Of a stretch of DNA of 64,000 nucleotides, positions 37,235 to 50,158 are shown one piece after another. The translations under genes and the position numbers were made by a program. Origin of the DNA: Eledone cirrhosa (Eukaryota); NCBI GenBank assembly GCA_964016885.1, contig OZ024743.1:243970001-244034000 (forward strand), written 5' to 3'. The notes under the pieces were generated by a model. It saw nothing but the letters and a program-made list of their open reading frames with translations. It was not told the origin of the DNA and did not search any database. Within the stretch, counting starts at the first letter, position 1, and each line of letters starts with the position of its first letter.

Positions 37235-37463
37235 TATATATATATATATATATTCCTATTTTAAATTGAGTGTGTACTTGGAAAACACAGGATTATGTTC
37301 TGTTTTATGTATAAAATCAACACAGTGACAGTCACACATACACGTGCAAGCGTGCGTCCGCACAACTACGGATACAAACGAGGATATACACGCATACAGT
37401 TACAACTACAAGCGCGCGCACACACATGCAGAAGACAGATATTCCTTTTCCTATGCTCGACAG

Positions 37464-37629
37464 CAGTGTTTCCCAGACTGGGTTCGCAAAGGAGTGTCTG
37501 CGGTTCCGTGAAAAAAGGTAGAGGATTATATTCATATTAGAACCATATAACAGTATTAGACTTTGGGGTTCCCACAAAAGTTTCTAAACCAAAAAGGGTC
37601 CCGCGTTTGAAAAAGTTTGGGAAACCCTG
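37464..37629. mobile_element. hAT-type MITE
   Basis: TIRs cagtgtttcccagact / agtttgggaaaccctg. TSD ctcgacag/ctctacag. Confidence 0.8.
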
Positions 37630-38279
37630 CTCTACAGCAATAAACAGAATCAGTTGTTTGATCTATTACTCTGAACTTAGTACAGTACTTTCATCAATCA
37701 CCACTCTTTTGTCAAACTATTAGGATCTGCTGCCATTTTTGTTCTTTGTCAGTGTGTGTGTGTGTTGGACCTCCGTCGGTTTCGACAGCGAGTTGTTCGA
37801 ACTACGGAACGGTCTGCTTGTTAAATTAATGTGTAAGTGGCTGAGTATTCCACAGCTGTGGAATTTAATTTAACGTGGTTTTCGGGGAGACCCAATTATA
37901 ATAATGTGCGACAAGACTTGCTTTTTGAATTTCATGTACATTCGGGTCCCAAACAATAGGGCGTGAAATAAGTGGGGGTTAGGTGGCAAATCGGTAATTT
38001 TTCTAGGATGTCTCCCTTGATATTTAAAAAACCCAAACAAATCAGAATTAATCATTTAGGTTATATACTGAGACCCAAACCGATTCTATTTATTTTATAA
38101 CGTATGGGATTTCTTATAATGTTCAATTTTTGTGATGAATGTTTTTTAATGTCTAAAGAAAATTTCGCCGAAAATAGATTGGCAAAATTTAATAAGTAGG
38201 AGTAGGCGGGGGGGGGGGGGGATCTGAAAAATTAATAAGTGGTGGTGGAGTGGGTGGGCTATTATTCGAGACCCGAGAG

Positions 38280-38680
38280 TTCAACTCATTTTTACCAGTC
38301 GATTGGATTGGAGCAACGTGAAATAAAATATCTTGCTCAGGGGAACAACGCACTGTCGGGAATCGAACCCATGACCTTACGATTGCGAGCCGTTCACCCT
38401 TATCACTAAATGACGCGACTTCACATGCAACATGAGACATATTAAAAACTGAAAAAACAAAAAAAAACAAAAACAATTGGGTTATTGGCTTCAATTGCAT
38501 TCCTGGCTGCAATTCTAGGAATGTCAATAACTTGTTTGTCTTCAATATGTCTAATGTTGCATGTGAAGTCGCATTGTTTAGTAACTAGGATATTCAGTCA
38601 CAATCGTATGGTCATTAGTTTAATTCCCGGCAGTGCGTTGTATCCTTAAGCAAGACATTTTATTTCCCGTTGCTCCAGGC
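38280..38680. repeat. Head-to-head inverted pair of family B-type SINE heads with shared flank
   Basis: gcgacttcacatgcaacatgagacatatt versus aatatgtctaatgttgcatgtgaagtcgc, each continuing into a tRNA-like head and (g)agcaagayattttattt. Confidence 0.65.
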
Positions 38681-39232
38681 AACACACACACCAACATATT
38701 GCCTCCTTTTCTGGTGGGTGGCTTAATCACCTTCCTGTAGCGTGGATGTCTTTCACTGAGGTCTCGATCCCAAGGATAACTTCCCGCTGGTTGTATCACA
38801 GAGCCTAAAAAGGTGATTCTAAGCACAGCTCTTCCTCCTCTGGCCAGGTCAGGGACTCACAAACTTTATAGACCATTGACTCTTTCCTGGTATCCTTGAC
38901 CCGCCATCGACTCCGGGTATATACAAACATATGTAATTCAATATATATAGATATGTAAACAGTATAGAAAATAAATGAATAAGGATTAATTGTGTATAAA
39001 TCACAGACCTGTATAAACAAATATTTTATTGTATTTATGTGTTTTGAGCCAAAAGTTCAATCGACCTCCTGGGTAGTCCCATCAACGATTAGAGTGACCT
39101 CTGGACTAAATCATTAAGTAAAGAACTTTGAGAGGCGTTGTTTCTTTTGTTTCAGCAAATGTTGCTTTTCTTGTCTTTAATGTTGTTGTCCTTGATGTAT
39201 TGTATTCTTTTTTTTTAGTCCACTCAGCATAA

Positions 39233-39318
<86 letters not shown>

Positions 39319-39599
39319 GGTGGAGGTATGTTTGTGTGTGCGAAAGCGTTTATTTCATTCCTATTGTTTGTCCCGTTCACTCTATATCGATCGACTCCTC
39401 ATGGCCTCACTTATTATTATACACAACTATAGCACCATCTTTATTACGACTGAAGAATTGCGATCTAAACAACGGAACATTATGTCAATGTTTCATTGTA
39501 TCCATATATTCTGGATTCTTCCTTTCTCTCTAATTTCTTTCATATAGACATTTATGATAGCTCTGATTAATTCTTAATTAGTTTGAATTCTGTTGACGG

Positions 39600-40410
39600 A
39601 TTCTGTAAGTATGCGACGAAGTGATTTTTCTTACAGAAGATGTAGAAAAATTGGGTTTTATATTGTTCTTGGCGAATAATTTATGAATTTGTTGTCTTTT
39701 TGGAAGTGTCTGTTGATTAAAGGGAGAAATTGTTTTGTCACGCAGTTTATTATATTCATGTTGAAAAGTGGTTTAAATCATCTCATATTTGTTTCTCTCT
39801 GGGGTGGATACTTTGTTACTTGAAGTAAGTGAATTATATGATATTGTGATTTTGAAGCAGTTATACTCCAATGCCTTGTTCTACTTCTACTCGAAACTGT
39901 GAAAATGTTCTTAATTAAAGGATAGACTTTTTATACGTTTACTTATTGTTACTTATTCGTTTTGTAACATTTGGCGGATGATGGAAATGTGTATGTATAT
40001 ATAAAGGTTGATTTCTTGCTATCTATTTGATCAAGTTCACTCAGTAGAAACACCTCATCGCTTCTGTAAATTTCCATGGAAATGCCGAATACCTTTCTAT
40101 GCTATTTGTTTTACCGAGCATTCGTTGTGGGTTGGCGAAATTGTAATTCGATTTCTCCTGAGTGAACTAAAACCAACATTCCTCTCTGTACATTAAGGTT
40201 CCAGTCATCCATCAAATGTTATTAAACATCTCAATACAGTTTTTAGGGCTAATTAGGATATGTTTCAGTAATTTCTGTGCGTATATGTTTCTTATATTTG
40301 TCTAGGCTGAGTGAGAAAGGGCGAGCGTTTAGGTAGTTGTATATATGTCTGGACAAGTTTGGGAAATGGAGTTTTATTATCTTATAGGGACGCCTGGCCT
40401 AAATTTGGAG
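39600..40410 (-). mobile_element. Highly degraded Penelope-like RT remnant
   Basis: Minus-strand fragments RPGVPIR, GISM and RHFQKDNKF resemble PLE RT/thumb. No open frame. Confidence 0.4.
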
Positions 40411-40444
40411 ATATCTTCTTTTAGAATGTTTTAGTGGTGTTCTG

Positions 40445-40600
40445 CAGGGCTGTATTAGCCCATTGTTGGGTACCTCCCCTGGAACTTCAATATTTCATCC
40501 AAGTATAAAAAAACGAACCAAAAGAATATCGATGCCCCTCTCGTCCCAGCGCGGACCCCTAGGCTTCATCCTAGTTAACCTTATCAATAATATGGCCCTG
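40445..40600. mobile_element. hAT-type MITE
   Basis: TIRs cagggctgtatta / taatatggccctg. Perfect 8-bp TSD gtgttctg. Confidence 0.85.
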
Positions 40601-40731
40601 GTGTTCTGGAGTGCTGTACAATGAGTTTGGGTTAAATGGGAGAGGCATGGAGTTCAGGATACTGTTTTTGTTATCTGAGTGAGATAGATAGTGTTGTTAC
40701 TATGGTGTTGTAGTAGTGTTCTGCGTTGCCG

Positions 40732-43700
40732 CATATATGTTTGTACCATATATGTTTGTACCATATATGTTTGTACCATATATGTTTGTACCATATATGT
40801 TTGTACCATATATGTTTGTACCATATATGTTTGTACCATATATGTTTGTACAATATGTTTGTACCATATATGTTTGTACCATATATGTTTGTACAATATG
40901 TTTGTACCATATATGTTTGTAACATATATGTTTGTACAATATGTTTGTACCATATATGTTTGTACCATATATGTTTGTACCATATATGTTTGTACCATAT
41001 ATGTTTGTACCATATATGTTTGTACAATATGTTTGTACCATATATGTTTGTACCATATATGTTTGTACAATATGTTTGTACCATATATGTTTGTACCATA
41101 TATGTTTGTACCATATATGTTTGTACAATATGTTTGTACCATATATGTTTGTACCATATATGCTTGTACCATATATGTTTGTACCATATATGTTTGTACC
41201 ATATATGTTTGTACAATATGTTTGTACCATATATGTTTGTACCATATATGTTTGTACCATATATGTTTGTACCATATATGTTTGTACCATATATGTTTGT
41301 ACAATATGTTTGTACCATATATGTTTGTACCATATATGTTTGTACCATATATGTTTGTACAATATGTTTGTACCATATATGTTTGTACCATATATGTTTG
41401 TACCATATATGTTTGTACCATATATGTTTGTACCATATATGTTTGTACAATATGTTTGTACCATATATGTTTGTACCATATATGTTTGTACCATATATGT
41501 TTGTACCATATATGTTTGTACAAAATGTTTGTACCATATATGTTTGTACCATAGATGTTTGTACAATATGTTTGTACCATATATGTTTGTACCATATATG
41601 TTTGTACCATATATGTGTGTACCATATATGTTTGTACCATATATGTTTGTACAATATGTTTGTACCATATATGTTTGTACCATATATGTTTGTACAATAT
41701 GTTTGTACCATATATGTTTGTACCATATATGTTTGTACCATATATGTTTGTACCATATATGTTTGTACCATATATGTTTGTACAATATGTTTGTACCATA
41801 TATGTTTGTACCATATATGTTTGCACCATATATGTTTATACCATATATGTTTGTACCATATATGTTTGTACCATATATGTTTGTACCATATGTTTGTACC
41901 ATATATGCTTGCACCATATATGTTTGTACCATATATGTTTATACCATATATGTTTGTACCATATATGTTTGTACCATATGTTTGTACCATATATGTTTGT
42001 ACCATATATGTTTGTACCATATATGTTTGTACCATATGTTTGTACCATATATGTTTATACCATATATGTTTGTACCATATATGTTTGCACCATATGTTTG
42101 TACCATATATGCTTGTACCATATATGTTTGTACCATATGTTTGTACCATATATGTTTGTACCATATATGTTTGTACCATATATGTTTGTACCATATATGT
42201 TTGTACAATATGTTTGTACCATATATGTTTGTACCATATATGTTTGTACCATATATGTTTGTACCATATATGTTTGTACAATATGTTTGTACCATATATG
42301 TTTGTACCATATATGTTTGTACCATATATGTTTGTACCATATATGTTTGTACAATATGTTTGTACCATATATGTTTGTACCATATATGTTTGTACCATAT
42401 ATGTTTGTACCATATATGTTTGTACCATATATGTTTGTACAATATGTTTGTACCATATATGTTTGTACCATATATGCTTGTACCATATATGTTTGTACCA
42501 TATATGTTTGTACCATATATGTTTGTACAATATGTTTGTACCATATATGTTTGTACCATATATGTTTGTACCATATATGTTTGTACCATATATGTTTGTA
42601 CCATATATGTTTGTACAATATGTTTGTACCATATATGTTTGTACCATATATGTTTGTACCATATATGTTTGTACAATATGTTTGTACCATATATGTTTGT
42701 ACCATATATGTTTGTACCATATATGTTTGTACCATATATGTTTGTACCATATATGTTTGTACAATATGTTTGTACCATATATGTTTGTACCATATATGTT
42801 TGTACCATATATGTTTGTACCATATATGTTTGTACAAAATGTTTGTACCATATATGTTTGTACCATAGATGTTTGTACAATATGTTTGTACCATATATGT
42901 TTGTACCATATATGTTTGTACCATATATGTGTGTACCATATATGTTTGTACCATATATGTTTGTACAATATGTTTGTACCATATATGTTTGTACCATATA
43001 TGTTTGTACAATATGTTTGTACCATATATGTTTGTACCATATATGTTTGTACCATATATGTTTGTACCATATATGTTTGTACCATATATGTTTGTACAAT
43101 ATGTTTGTACCATATATGTTTGTACCATATATGTTTGTACCATATATGTTTGTACAATATGTTTGTACCATATATGTTTGTACCATATATGTTTGTACCA
43201 TATATGTTTGTACCATATATGTTTGTACCATATATGTTTGTACAATATGTTTGTACCATATATGTTTGTACCATATATGTTTGTACCATATATGTTTGTA
43301 CCATATATGTTTGTACCATATATGTTTGTACAATATGTTTGTACCATATATGTTTGTACCATATATGCTTGTACCATATATGTTTGTACCATATATGTTT
43401 GTACCATATATGTTTGTACAATATGTTTGTACCATATATGTTTGTACCATATATGTTTGTACCATATATGTTTGTACCATATATGTTTGTACCATATATG
43501 TTTGTACAATATGTTTGTACCATATATGTTTGTACCATATATGTTTGTACCATATATGTTTGTACAATATGTTTGTACCATATATGTTTGTACCATATAT
43601 GTTTGTACCATATATGTTTGTACCATATATGTTTGTACCATATATGTTTGTACAATATGTTTGTACCATATATGTTTGTACCATATATGTTTGTACCATA

Positions 43701-45102
43701 TATGTTTGTACCATATATGTTTGTACAAAATGTTTGTACCATATATGTTTGTACCATAGATGTTTGTACAATATGTTTGTACCATATATGTTTGTACCAT
43801 ATATGTTTGTACCATATATGTGTGTACCATATATGTTTGTACCATATATGTTTGTACAATATGTTTGTACCATATATGTTTGTACCATATATGTTTGTAC
43901 AATATGTTTGTACCATATATGTTTGTACCATATATGTTTGTACCATATATGTTTGTACCATATATGTTTGTACCATATATGTTTGTACAATATGTTTGTA
44001 CCATATATGTTTGTACCATATATGTTTGCACCATATATGTTTATACCATATATGTTTGTACCATATATGTTTGTACCATATATGTTTGTACCATATGTTT
44101 GTACCATATATGCTTGCACCATATATGTTTGTACCATATATGTTTATACCATATATGTTTGTACCATATATGTTTGTACCATATGTTTGTACCATATATG
44201 TTTGTACCATATATGTTTGTACCATATATGTTTGTACCATATGTTTGTACCATATATGTTTATACCATATATGTTTGTACCATATATGTTTGCACCATAT
44301 GTTTGTACCATATATGCTTGTACCATATATGTTTGTACCATATGTTTGTACCATATATGTTTGTACCATATATGTTTGTACCATATATGTTTGTACCATA
44401 TATGTTTGTACCATATGTTTGTACCATATATGTTTGTACCATATATGTTTGTGCCATATATGTTTGTACCATATATGTTTGTACCATATATGTTTGTACC
44501 ATATATGTTTGTACCATATATGTTTGTACCATATATGTTTGTACCATATGTTTGTGCCATATATGTTTGTACCATATATGTTTGTGCCATATATGTTTGT
44601 ACCATATATGTTTGTACCATATATGTTTGTACCATATGTTTGTACCATATATGTTTGTACCATATGTTTGTACCATATATGTTTGTACCATATATGTTTG
44701 TACCATATATATTTGTACCATATATGTTTGTACCATATATGTTTGTACCATATATGTTTGTACCATATGTTTGTACCATATATGTTTGTACCATATATGT
44801 TTGTTCCATATATGTTTGTACCATATATGTTTGTACCATATGTTTGTACCATATATGTTTGTGCCATATATGTTTGTACCATATATGTTTGTACCATATG
44901 TTTGTACCATATATGTTTGTACCATATGTTTGTACCATATATGTTTGTGCCATATATGTTTGTGCCATATATGTTTGTGCCATATATGTTTGTGCCATAT
45001 ATGTTTGTACCATATATGTTTGTACCATATATGTTTGTACCATATATGTTTGTACCATATATGTTTGTGCCATATATGTTTGTACCATATATGTTTGTAC
45101 CA
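40732..45102. repeat. 4.4-kb minisatellite: 15-bp ATATATGTTTGTACC with 13-bp variants and higher-order structure
   Basis: Direct tandem periodicity. Diagnostic variants recur at 891-, 1314- and 2205-bp offsets. Confidence 0.98.
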
Positions 45103-45303
45103 TTCCAGGCCTGAGTACAGCAAATTTCTTCCAGTGAGAGGAAGAATCGATCCCAGTACTAGACTGGTAATTTTTTTATCGACCTTGAAGGGATGAAAGG
45201 CAAAGTTGACCTCGGCGGGATTTGAACTGAGAGAGCAGAGAACCGGAACAAATACCATAAAGCATTCTATCTGATGTTCTAACGACTCTGTTAATTCGCC
45301 GCT
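45103..45303 (-). mobile_element. SINE family A (diverged) whose 3' end runs into the satellite
   Basis: ggatgaaaggcaaagttgacctcggcgggatttgaact core/B box. Confidence 0.8.
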
Positions 45304-45664
45304 ACATTACAATGCTAATATGATTTAAATAAATCTTCGAACTTAGGTAGAAGGTGTGTCAAAATATTTTTTGTTTTAAAGTGCGCCATGAGTAAAAACG
45401 TTTGGGAACAATTGTGGTAGAGTCACCCTTTTGTATTTTGTTCATCAACTTTAGTTCCTCTTCAGTGATCAACTGGTACTCACTTCAGTTAATACACAGT
45501 CAAGTAATACTTTGAAAATACACCTTACAGTTCAGCACAGCTGGCTTGTTAATCGATGCATCTGGAATACCGCCTTGACTCGTTGCTGTGACGAGGTCAT
45601 TAAGTGTAGGTTTTTACAATAAACAATGTATGTATGTGTGTATGTATGTATGTATGTATGTATG

Positions 45665-45855
45665 TGGTAACATGGGCCCAGCATTATGTGTCAATAATTG
45701 TCACAGGTGTAGTGTTTGTACCAGAGTTTTCAAGTCGTTGGCTAGACTAAAAAGTCACACTCGTTCAGCGCATCGGTAGGGGTTCTCCTACATGGATATA
45801 AAGTAGTGGCCGTACTCGAAAACGAGTTGGCAGCCACCATGTATGTATGTGTATG
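45665..45855 (+). mobile_element. RTE LINE 3' end (C2H2 finger, stem-loop, (TATG)n tail), 5'-truncated
   Basis: [25 protein letters not shown]. Near-identical to 46603-46790. Confidence 0.65.
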
Positions 45856-45978
45856 TATATGTTTGTGTGTATGTGTATATAAATATATACATACATATTT
45901 ATATGCATATGTGTATGTGTGCATGTATGTGTGTGTGTACATGTATATATAGATATATGCATGCATATGGGTGTGTGC

Positions 45979-46009
<31 letters not shown>

Positions 46010-46011
46010 CA

Positions 46012-46042
<31 letters not shown>

Positions 46043-46170
46043 GTATGTATATATATATGTATGTATATATTTGTGTATATATGTATATATATATATGTAT
46101 ATATATATATGTATATATATATATGTATATATATATATATGTATATATATATGTATATATATATGTATGT

Positions 46171-46790
46171 CAGGTCACCACTTGGTGCTACTGGTAACAA
46201 GTATCCCAGTACAACCTGTCCCATGGTCGGGTCGTTGGCGACTAAACTGGCAACCCCACCAAGGTTTCTTGGTGAGGTGGGTGACTTTGGACATCCTGCA
46301 GGACTAAAAACAAAACCTGTCAAAGGGCAAAGGAGCTCTTAAGAGTCAATGGCCATCCAAAATCACCGGGAGAGATGACCCCTTAGCCTTTGTCAAGGCA
46401 GAATTCTAGGAGAAGGAAAACTCTGATATAACACCTGCAACCCTGATGGTATCCAATGATGTTGACTTGTTCTTCTTTTTGGTAAATATCATCTTGGTTA
46501 AGAGAGTGGGACTGGCTTTGTGCAGTGCCTTTGCTCACTATAAAAGCTTCACGGCACAGGCATTGCTTTATATCTGGTGATCTCTCTGCACTTGTCGTCA
46601 CATGGTACCATGGGCCCAGCACTATGTGTCAATAATTGTCACAGGTGTAGTGTTTGTACCAGAGTTTTCAAGTCGCTGGCTGGACTAAAAAGTCACACTC
46701 GTTCAGCGCATCGGTAGGGGTTCTCCTACATGGATATAAAGTAGTGGCCGTACTCGAAAACGAGTTGGCAGCCACCATGTATGTATGTAT
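46171..46790 (+). mobile_element. Internally deleted non-autonomous RTE derivative (5' UTR + 3' end)
   Basis: RTE-5'UTR-like tagcctttgtcaaggc...ctaggagaaggaaaactctga (also at 31980/32842) joined to the same 3' end as 45665. Bounded by tatgtatgt. Confidence 0.6.
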
Positions 46791-47025
46791 CTCCGAAACT
46801 ACGTCTGCCTGTGTCTCTGAATATATATATGTATAAATATGTGTGTGTGTGTGTTTATATGTATATGTATGCGTGTGCATCACCCCATGCTCATACAAAA
46901 ACATTTGAAACGTAAGAGAGAGTGTGATATTACATCATATCTTTATCAGAAGAGACAATCTATGCTTTTTGTTAGTTTCCATAACGCGATGTTTTATTTA
47001 CCTATAAATTCATTTTATCGCTCTG

Positions 47026-47077
<52 letters not shown>

Positions 47078-47319
47078 GCACACACATGCACACACACACA
47101 TAAACACACACACACACACAAAGATACACATATACACACATATGTTCGCACACACACTCATACATACACTCACAGACACATATTCACACATATTTATACA
47201 CACATTTTCTTCTGTTTTGTTTGTCTTCTTTGTAGACTGTTGATATCGACGATACTGTTCCTCTTCTTAGCAGCCAGTGATTGGGCTGGTACATTGGTAA
47301 AATCTCCAATACGGGTCCC

Positions 47320-47355
<36 letters not shown>

Positions 47356-47357
<2 letters not shown>

Positions 47358-47512
47358 CGAAGGAAATGTGGTAAGGAACCAGGTGGACCATAACGCACCA
47401 AAGTACTCAATACTTAGGGTAGTAGAGTGGGTAATAGGAACAAGTAAGACCCCGACGGCTGAGCTCAAGCCGTCGAAACGGCTTGAGCTCAGCCGTCGGG
47501 GTCTTACTTGTT

Positions 47513-47517
<5 letters not shown>
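47356..47517 (-). mobile_element. Fold-back solo PLE-type LTR, family X
   Basis: Perfect 40-bp arms at 47434-47473 and 47478-47517, loop cgaa. In (TA)n. Confidence 0.75.
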
Positions 47518-47556
<39 letters not shown>

Positions 47557-47696
47557 TAATAAGTGGATCTCCGTGATTTTCCATCAACTGACATACATAC
47601 TCATTGAATAAGGCATAAGTGACTGAGTGTTCCACAAATACGTGCACAGTTAACGTAATTGTTATGCAAAATCCGCTGACGTAGTGTTTAACATAC

Positions 47697-48078
47697 AGGT
47701 CTTGGATGCGTTTGTGGTTTTGTATCGTCTTGTAAGGCTTACAACTTTAATCTCGAAACTTATTGCAACCTTAATCTCCACTTGTCTTCCTTTCTTTCTT
47801 CTTTACTTATCAATCCTACGTGCCTACACACACCTCTCGCAATCACCTATACGTTTCATCTACCTTTTACCCACCTCACAACTTTCCTTCTCTCCATAGC
47901 AATCACTGTCCACTGCTTTCTGTCCTTAGAGGTATTTTTACCCGACTTACAGGCTGATGTCATAAACGACAATCGGCTGTTTTAACAGCAGTTCCTTGCG
48001 TCGAGTTTCCAACTTATTTCTATAAATTTCAAATAAACACACGCTCCGCCTCGATAAGTTTCGAAACACCCAATGTTT

Positions 48079-48118
<40 letters not shown>

Positions 48119-49587
48119 ACACACACACACATACACACACACACACACACACATATATATAGAGAGAGAATCGTTGAGTGATAGGAAGTCTGATAATTTG
48201 AAAGACGCATATATGTTTGGCATATATATATATATATATAGAATAAGGAAAAGCGAAGTAGTTTCAGATGTTCAAGTCCTTTAATAATAATGCTGTGATA
48301 TATATTTCAATGGCGACACTGGCCACACTGTTCTGTGTGCGAGTGTCGTGACATCATCAGACAGCTTGTTACATAATAAGGTTATGTTTCCGAGGCATGG
48401 TTATGTTGAATCGACATGGGAACGGATGAAATGCGTGCTTTTGGGTTTATCACCCGTTCCCCTGTGAGTACCAACTCACCCCCACCGGTCTGCGCGTGCG
48501 CATGTCCGAAGGAAGTTGACCATTAGCTACCGCAGATTTCAACGAAATTCGCTTAGTCAGTTCACCCTCTCAGTGACACAATGGCCCGTACCATAGTTTA
48601 CTGCTACCCATCTCGACTGTGGTAGTCAGTCGAAAGCCAGAGGGGGTGGGAGAGTGTTAGTTTTTACAGGTCATAATACTACCTTTCACCTAGCGTGGAC
48701 AGTACGACTGACCATCAACTCAAAGGGAAAATAAACTTAATTCTAAGTATCATGATTTTACATTGTAAGTTAAGAGTGAGAGTTGGAAATAAAAATTAAA
48801 GTCCTAAATCAAGTATCAGAAATTATAAATTAAACAATTAAAAAATTAACAATTAGTAATTAAAAGTTAGAAATTTTTTTCAAGTGAGAATTCGGATTGA
48901 GGTGAGTAAAAAAATATAGATTGAAGTGAGTAAATAATATGGAGAGAGATGTTTAAGTAAGAAGTTCTGAGAGGGGTTCTAGTGTCACAGTTACTCTATC
49001 CACATATTGAACGACAGTGCCGTACATTAGAACGGAGGGTAAGCTACAGCATTCAAGGCATTAGTCAATCTGGTACAGTCATAATTTCCATCACATGGAA
49101 CAATACCAAAGAAAAGCAGACATAGAAGAAATAATGCAAAAACACGGTGTATATATGTGGACGCAAGCATAGGTCTGTTGTTAAGAAGTTTGCTTCATAA
49201 TCCCGAGGTACAGGATTTGATGTTATTGGAAACAGCCTTTTGAAGGAAATTGGGTTGATGGAAGCTATGTGGAAGCGCCTCGGAAACATTATGCCTGTAA
49301 TTACAGCCGATTGTCGTTTATGACATCAGCCTGTAAGTCGGGTAAAAATACCTCTAAGGACAGAAAGCAGTGGACAGTGATTGCTATGGAGAGAATGAAA
49401 GTGAGGTGGGTGAAAGGTAGATGAAACGTATAGGTGATTGCGAGAGGTGTGTGTAGGCACGTAGGATTGATAAGTAAAGAAGAAAGAAAGGAAGACAAGT
49501 GGAGATTAAGGTTGCAATAAGTTTCGAGTTATTGTAAAGTTATAAGCCTTACAAGACGATACAAAACCACAAACGCATCCAAGACCT
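47697..49587. repeat. About 285-bp inverted repeats bracketing 1.3 kb
   Basis: 47697-47980 is the reverse complement of 49303-49587 with few differences; near-identical spurious ORFs at 47782 (+) and 49498 (-). Confidence 0.9.
48292..48365 (-). ncRNA. Hammerhead ribozyme motif with extended stem II, in a probable solo PLE LTR (about 48241-48720)
   Basis: gctgt CTGATGA tgtcacgacact..cacac/gtgtg..agtgtcgccatt GAAA tatata TC acagc. 5-bp stem I, palindromic stem III, LTR ends in (TA)n. Confidence 0.8.
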
Positions 49588-49769
49588 CATTAATTCTCAA
49601 ACCGGCTTGCGGTTTCGCACGAGTAAATGAGAGGACGGCAATTTTTATATCAGCTCGTGCATAAAAAAATAAATATATATTTCTGCTGGTATGACGCGTG
49701 TGTGATGACAAAACTAAACAGAACAGATGAATAGACAGACGAATCGGGAGAGAGAGAAAATGCGCCTGG

Positions 49770-50158
49770 CCAGTAACGCGTTGCAAGTTAAAAGGAGAGG
49801 GACATCCCTAGGGCGGAAGTGGCAACAAGCGGAAGCGACAGCGGGTGCAGTAGGCGTGAGAAGGTACAGGCGAAGAGTTGGGGAGAGAGAGGAAGAAAAG
49901 AGAAATACCTTTATCATAAGCTATGATTTTATTAGCTTTCCAGTATGGACAGACATCATGGCTTGGGACTGACTACATTCATTTCCTCTTTCTTTTTTTC
50001 TCGCTAACTCACTTTTCTTCCTCTCTCTCCCCCACTCATCGCCTGTCCGTTCTCACGCTTGCTGCTCCTGCCCCTGCTGTCGCTTCCGCTTGCTGCCATT
50101 ACCACGCAAGGGCTGTACCTTTCCTTTTGACTAGCGACGCGGTATCTTTTTAGCTAGT
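49770..50158. repeat. Diverged inverted pair (about 135 bp) of a Helitron-like repeat
   Basis: 49775-49905 versus 50005-50140. The + copy ends ...tttttagCTAGt. Confidence 0.55.

Noticed and set aside
40732-45102. CRISPR-like array
   Set aside because: No unique spacers, no cas genes, eukaryotic context.
40654-45258. ORFs up to 1462 aa on both strands
   Set aside because: Translations of a stop-poor 15/13-bp satellite, open in all frames; not genes.
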